Source: Squalus acanthias (Eukaryota). Taken from it: 64,000 bases of DNA. Location of the stretch: the NCBI GenBank assembly GCA_030390025.1, contig CM059429.1, forward strand, positions 150,102,001 through 150,166,000, given 5' to 3'. Position 1 is the stretch's first letter, and every line of letters begins with the position of its first letter. Under the pieces are notes generated by a model, which was not told the origin of the DNA, did not search any database, and saw only the letters and a program-made list of their open reading frames with translations. The position numbers and the translations under genes are program-made. This document shows positions 62,033 to 64,000 of the stretch, piece after piece.

Positions 62033-63228
62033 TGTGAGAAGTCGCACAACACCAGGTTATAGTCCAACAGTTTTATTTGAAATCACAAGCTTTTGGAGCG
62101 CTGCTCCTTCGTCAGGTGAAGTGAAGAGATGTATATCGGCACAGCATATATAGTCAGAGAACACTGCCAGACGATTACAGTTAATCTTTCTAACTGTCCT
62201 TTATCACACCTCGGCAGAGAGATAATCACGGCAATCAAAGGTGTGGATGGTGTCCAAACAGGTCAGTCAGGAAAACATTACATCAAAGACAATGAGGTGG
62301 GGTCACAAGGGGTCAAATGTGGTGGATGCTGGGGTCTGTATGGAAAACAAAAAAACTTTTTTTGCTGGAAATCACAGCAGGTCCGGCCGCATCTGTGTAG
62401 AGAGAACAAGTCAACGACGACTCGAGTCTGGATGACTCTACGTCAGGTGGGGTTACATGTAGCGTGACATGAACCCAAGATCCCGGTTGAGGCCGTCCTC
62501 ATGGGTGCTGAACTTGGCTATCAGTTTCTGCTCGACGATTTTGCGTTGTCATGTGTCTCGAAGGCCACCTTGGAGAACGCTTACCCGAAGATCGGAGGCT
62601 GAATGTCCTTGACAGTCGGGGAACACTTCAGCAGTCAAGGACATTCAGCCTCCGATCTTCGGGTAAGCGTTCTCCAAGGCGGCCTTCGAGACACACGACA
62701 ACGCAAAATTGTCGAGCAGAAACTGATAGCCAAGTTCCGCACCCATGAGGACGGCCTCAACCGGGATCTTGGGTTCATGTCACGCTACATGTAACCCCAC
62801 CTGACGTAGAGTCATCCAGACTCGAGTCGTCGTTGACTTGTTCTCTCTACACAGATGCGGCCGGACCTGCTATGATTTCCAGCAAAAAAAGTTTTTTGTT
62901 TTCCATACAGACCCCAGCATCTGCCACATTGTCTTTGATGTAATGTTTTCCTGACTGACCTGTTTGAACACCATTCACACCTTTGATTGCCGTGATTGTC
63001 TCTCTGCCGAGGTGTGATAAAGGGCAGTTAGAAAGATTAACTGTAATCGTCTGGCAGTGTTTTCTGACTATATATGCTGTGCCGATATACATCTCTTCAC
63101 TTCACCTGACGAAGGAGCAGCGCTCCGAAAGCTTGTGATTTCAAATAAAACTGTTGGGCTATAACCTGGTGTTGTGCGACTTCTCACATTTGTCCACCCC
63201 AGTCCAACACCGGCATCTCCACCTCATG
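62033..63228 (+). mobile_element. Penelope-like retroelement 3' end in inverted (fold-back) configuration
   Basis: Inverted arms 62033-62613 / 62634-63190; C-terminus of a GIY-YIG endonuclease (VGEHFSSQGHS..DLRVSVL...E.KLIAKFRTH..GLNRD); tail of about 35 nt; TSD tgcacctattaa. Confidence 0.93.
63102..63138 (+). ncRNA. Minimal hammerhead ribozyme motif
   Basis: tcac CTGACGA a ggagc agc gctcc GAAA gctt gtga; the mirror copy at 62083-62119 has GAAA changed to AAAA. Confidence 0.85.
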
Positions 63229-64000
63229 TGCACCTATTAAAGGGACACACACATCGTTCAGGTAAGTTTGGATTTAAAGTTCTGGACTGGGTCTTTTTGA
63301 GTTTATTGAAGTGATGGCTTGCTGCAATAGATGTGAAAAGTTTTTTAAGTGTGTAGGGTGTGCTGCTGGATGCTTGCAAGGGCTCGGATGGTAAATGAAG
63401 GCCTTTGAGAAGACAAAACATGCTGCAAATACTCAGCAAGTTGCGCAACATCCGTGGAGAGAAAAACAGAGTTCACGTCTCAGGTCGAGATACTGCCGGA
63501 CCAGCTGAGTATTTCCAGCATTTCATGCTGTCATTTCACATTTACAGCATCCGCTTGTAGCCGGGATATCCGGAATGGAATCATCCACCTGCACTCCCAG
63601 TGACCCCAACCCCAATTCCCCTTTCAACATTAGTCCCACACCTTACCATCCATCTGTTACTAACCATCACAACGTCCTCTTGGCCACGATGCTGAAATAA
63701 AAGCCACCACAAAGCAAACTTTCCAATCTACCAATACTTCTATCCATCCAATGTGACATCGAGAAATCAACTCATCACCCGTATGCATTCTCTTAGTGAC
63801 TGTCTTGTGTGTACTTTTGCCTATCCTACTGATGTCACGCAGTGCTACCTCAGTGGCTGCAGCATGGCTGGTGGACTTTCAGTGGAGGACACTGCAAATG
63901 TCCTTGCTGGTTGACCTTGAGGAGCTGGTGGCTGGAAGTGTCAAATCAATCATCATCATCTTGTTCTTCTTCACTCTCCTCTCCCTCTTCTTGGTCACCT

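Noticed and set aside
1-64000. CRISPR arrays, rRNA genes or true tRNA genes
   Set aside because: No regularly spaced repeat-spacer array or rRNA-like sequence; tRNA-like boxes occur only in decayed SINE heads.

Overview
Repeat-rich eukaryotic DNA, most likely from a shark or other cartilaginous fish (inferred from HE1-like SINEs, DeuSINE-like SINEs and elasmobranch-type CR1 LINEs). The only host coding exon I can support is a + strand 185-bp exon (46386-46570) encoding the end of a ROS1-like tyrosine kinase domain, so most of the window is probably ROS1-like intron. The rest is layered transposons. (1) A very young full-length Gypsy LTR retrotransposon (35949-40411, minus strand) has identical 194-bp LTRs and an ATGTG target site duplication (TSD). 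It has no tRNA primer-binding site (PBS); instead an 11-nt PBS is perfectly complementary to its own LTR (candidate self-priming), its RT motif is YLDN, and one 22-bp duplication frameshifts gag-pol. (2) Three two-gene PIF/Harbinger relics carry a Myb/SANT-like gene plus a HARBI1-like transposase, alongside many Harbinger-type MITEs rich in palindromes and splice-donor motifs. (3) Penelope-derived fold-back elements carry minimal hammerhead ribozymes. (4) CR1, L2 and RTE fragments and SINEs fill much of the remainder. A repeat-poor segment around the assembly gap (8254-8405) looks like a bidirectional promoter with a candidate spliced antisense transcript. Coordinates were counted by eye, and boundaries of old repeats are approximate.
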